Source: an uncultured Actinomycetota bacterium (GTDB lineage Bacteria > Actinomycetota > Actinomycetes > Streptomycetales > Streptomycetaceae). From it: 32,000 nucleotides of DNA. The stretch lies in assembly GCA_963761325.1 (NCBI GenBank), contig CAVXGZ010000001.1, forward strand, positions 1,859,020 through 1,891,019, in the 5' to 3' direction. This document shows, in pieces, positions 30,912 through 32,000 of the stretch (positions are counted from its first letter, which is position 1; each line of letters opens with the position of its first letter). Under the pieces are notes generated by a model. The model did not search any database. It worked only from the letters and a program-made list of their open reading frames with translations, and was not told the DNA's origin. A program made the translations under genes and the position numbers.

Positions 30912-31685
30912 ATGGGAAGTTCCCGAAGGACCGGATCCATCGCCGCGGTGTGCGCGACCGTGCTGGCCGCCACCGTCGCCCTTCAACCGCACGCGTCCGC
31001 CGCGCCGGCCGGCCCCGCCGACCTGCCGGCCTGCCAGCACTTCTACACCGGCCCCATCCCCGACCGGCCGCTCTCCCCGGGCGTGGGGCCCAGCCCGGAG
31101 ATCGCCCCGGTCGACGTCGGCGGCCGGCTGCCCGCGCCCGGCGGGGTGTCCGGCGGGCTCAACGCGGACGGCACCGTGACCTTCACCTTCGACCGGGTGC
31201 CGGGCGCGGTGGCCTACCGGGCGTTCCGCAACGGCCAGGCGCTGCAGTGGATCGACGACTGGGGGCAGCCGACCCTCACCGTCACCGACTCCACGCCGTG
31301 CGAGAACGCCAACTACCAGATCTACGCGATGTCCGACACCTCAGGCGACGACAGCGGCATCGGGCAGATCTCCACCGCCTACCGGGTCGGCCCCGACGAC
31401 ACGCTCGCCGCCTGGTCCATCCCGTCCGGCACCACGTTCACCTACAAGGTCACCTCCTACAACGACACCGGCCAGACCGCGCTCGGCTACGACGCCGGTC
31501 CGGGCTTCTGCGCCGTCGACGCCCGCAACATCCCCTGGGGCACCCGCTTCTACGTCCCCGGATACGGCTACTGCTACGCGGCCGACATCGGCGACTGGAT
31601 CAAGGACGACATCGTCGACGTCTGGCTGCCGGGCACCGAGGCCGACGACTGGGGAGTCCAGCAGCGCACCCTCGTCGTGCAGTGA
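30912..31685 (+). CDS. secreted protein with C-terminal 3D (MltA/RlpA-like double-psi beta-barrel) domain
   Basis: The signal peptide is MGSSRRTGSIAAVCATVLAATVALQPHASA. The middle FN3-like segment reads TVTFTFDRVPGAVAYRAFRNG. The C-terminal CAVDARNIPWGTRFYVPGYGYCYAADIGDWIKDDIVDVWLPGTEADDWG matches the three-Asp 3D domain pattern. Confidence 0.75.
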   Translation: MGSSRRTGSIAAVCATVLAATVALQPHASAAPAGPADLPACQHFYTGPIPDRPLSPGVGPSPEIAPVDVGGRLPAPGGVSGGLNADGTVTFTFDRVPGAVAYRAFRNGQALQWIDDWGQPTLTVTDSTPCENANYQIYAMSDTSGDDSGIGQISTAYRVGPDDTLAAWSIPSGTTFTYKVTSYNDTGQTALGYDAGPGFCAVDARNIPWGTRFYVPGYGYCYAADIGDWIKDDIVDVWLPGTEADDWGVQQRTLVVQ

Positions 31686-31700
31686 CCGGCCCCGCCCGGG

Positions 31701-32000
31701 TCAGCGCACGTCGACGTAGTCGCCGAGCGGGGTCACCGCCGGGGTGGTGGCCGTGCCGGCGAAGCTGTAGCGCCAGTAGCCGTCCACGGTGGCCTTGGAG
31801 GTCGTCTTCAGGTCGCCGTGGCTGTCGGTGGTGACCGTCTTGAGCGTGGTGTAGGTGCTGCTGGTCTTCGGGCGGAACTGCAGCTTGACCGGCTGCACGG
31901 TGTAGCCGGCGTACTTGTGGGTGTACCAGTTCGCCCGGGTCAGCGCGCCCACGATGGTGATCGTCTTGCCCTTGGTGACCGGCTCCGGCGAGGCGTTGAC
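31701..32000 (-). CDS. secreted protein, C-terminal Ig-like domain only (the gene continues beyond the right window edge)
   Basis: The frame stays open to the window end: [92 protein letters not shown]. This is a C-terminal module commonly seen on Streptomyces extracellular proteins. The track start at 31952 is an internal GTG. Confidence 0.6.
   Translation of the reverse strand, partial: VNASPEPVTKGKTITIVGALTRANWYTHKYAGYTVQPVKLQFRPKTSSTYTTLKTVTTDSHGDLKTTSKATVDGYWRYSFAGTATTPAVTPLGDYVDVR

Noticed and set aside
1-32000. CRISPR arrays, IS elements or transposase genes, rRNA genes
   Set aside because: No spaced identical repeats, no terminal inverted repeats flanking a transposase-like ORF, and no rRNA-like sequence were seen anywhere in the window.

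Overview
This is a high-GC, Streptomyces-type actinobacterial chromosomal window. All calls rest on reading the translations and sequence by eye; no database search was run.

- **1 to 5.3 kb (ordinary genes).** A partial DHA2-type MFS transporter sits divergent from an Lrp/AsnC regulator. A LysR regulator sits divergent from a BASS-family transporter. These are followed by fdhD and a tRNA-Leu(GAG) with a clean terminator.
- **5.3 to 12.9 kb (accessory patch next to the tRNA).** Decayed genes flank an intact three-gene polymorphic-toxin module. The decayed genes are a truncated Crp/Fnr-like gene, a minus-strand gene tail and a frameshifted ORF.
  - The module starts with a 103-aa helical protein.
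  - Next is a 1467-aa Rhs/YD-repeat protein. It has no Sec signal, a WXG-type helical N-terminal head (suggesting ESX/T7SS routing), and a low-GC NucA/NucB-like DNase tip after a DPLGL cleavage motif.
  - Last is a SUKH (SMI1/KNR4)-type immunity protein.
- **12.9 to 19.7 kb (mostly secreted proteins).** This stretch holds a GH43 hydrolase and a DUF4232 lipoprotein gene frameshifted inside a tandem repeat. It also holds a flavodoxin-like reductase, a PLDc_N-SHOCT membrane protein, an unknown secreted protein and an S53 sedolisin.
- **19.8 to 30.6 kb (candidate gene cluster).** A large AfsR/SARP regulator carries two in-frame TTA codons. It is divergent from a seven-gene same-strand set:
  - HisC-like aminotransferase, OMT-like methyltransferase, ATP-grasp ligase and MFS exporter (these four are start/stop-overlapped);
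  - then an APC amino-acid permease, a second ATP-grasp-like protein and an SRPBCC protein.
  - I read this as a candidate NRPS-independent small-peptide cluster.
- **Right end.** A secreted 3D-domain protein and a partial secreted-protein gene.

Many long R/G/P/H-rich ORFs in the track are antisense or off-frame shadows typical of high-GC DNA. I did not call them.
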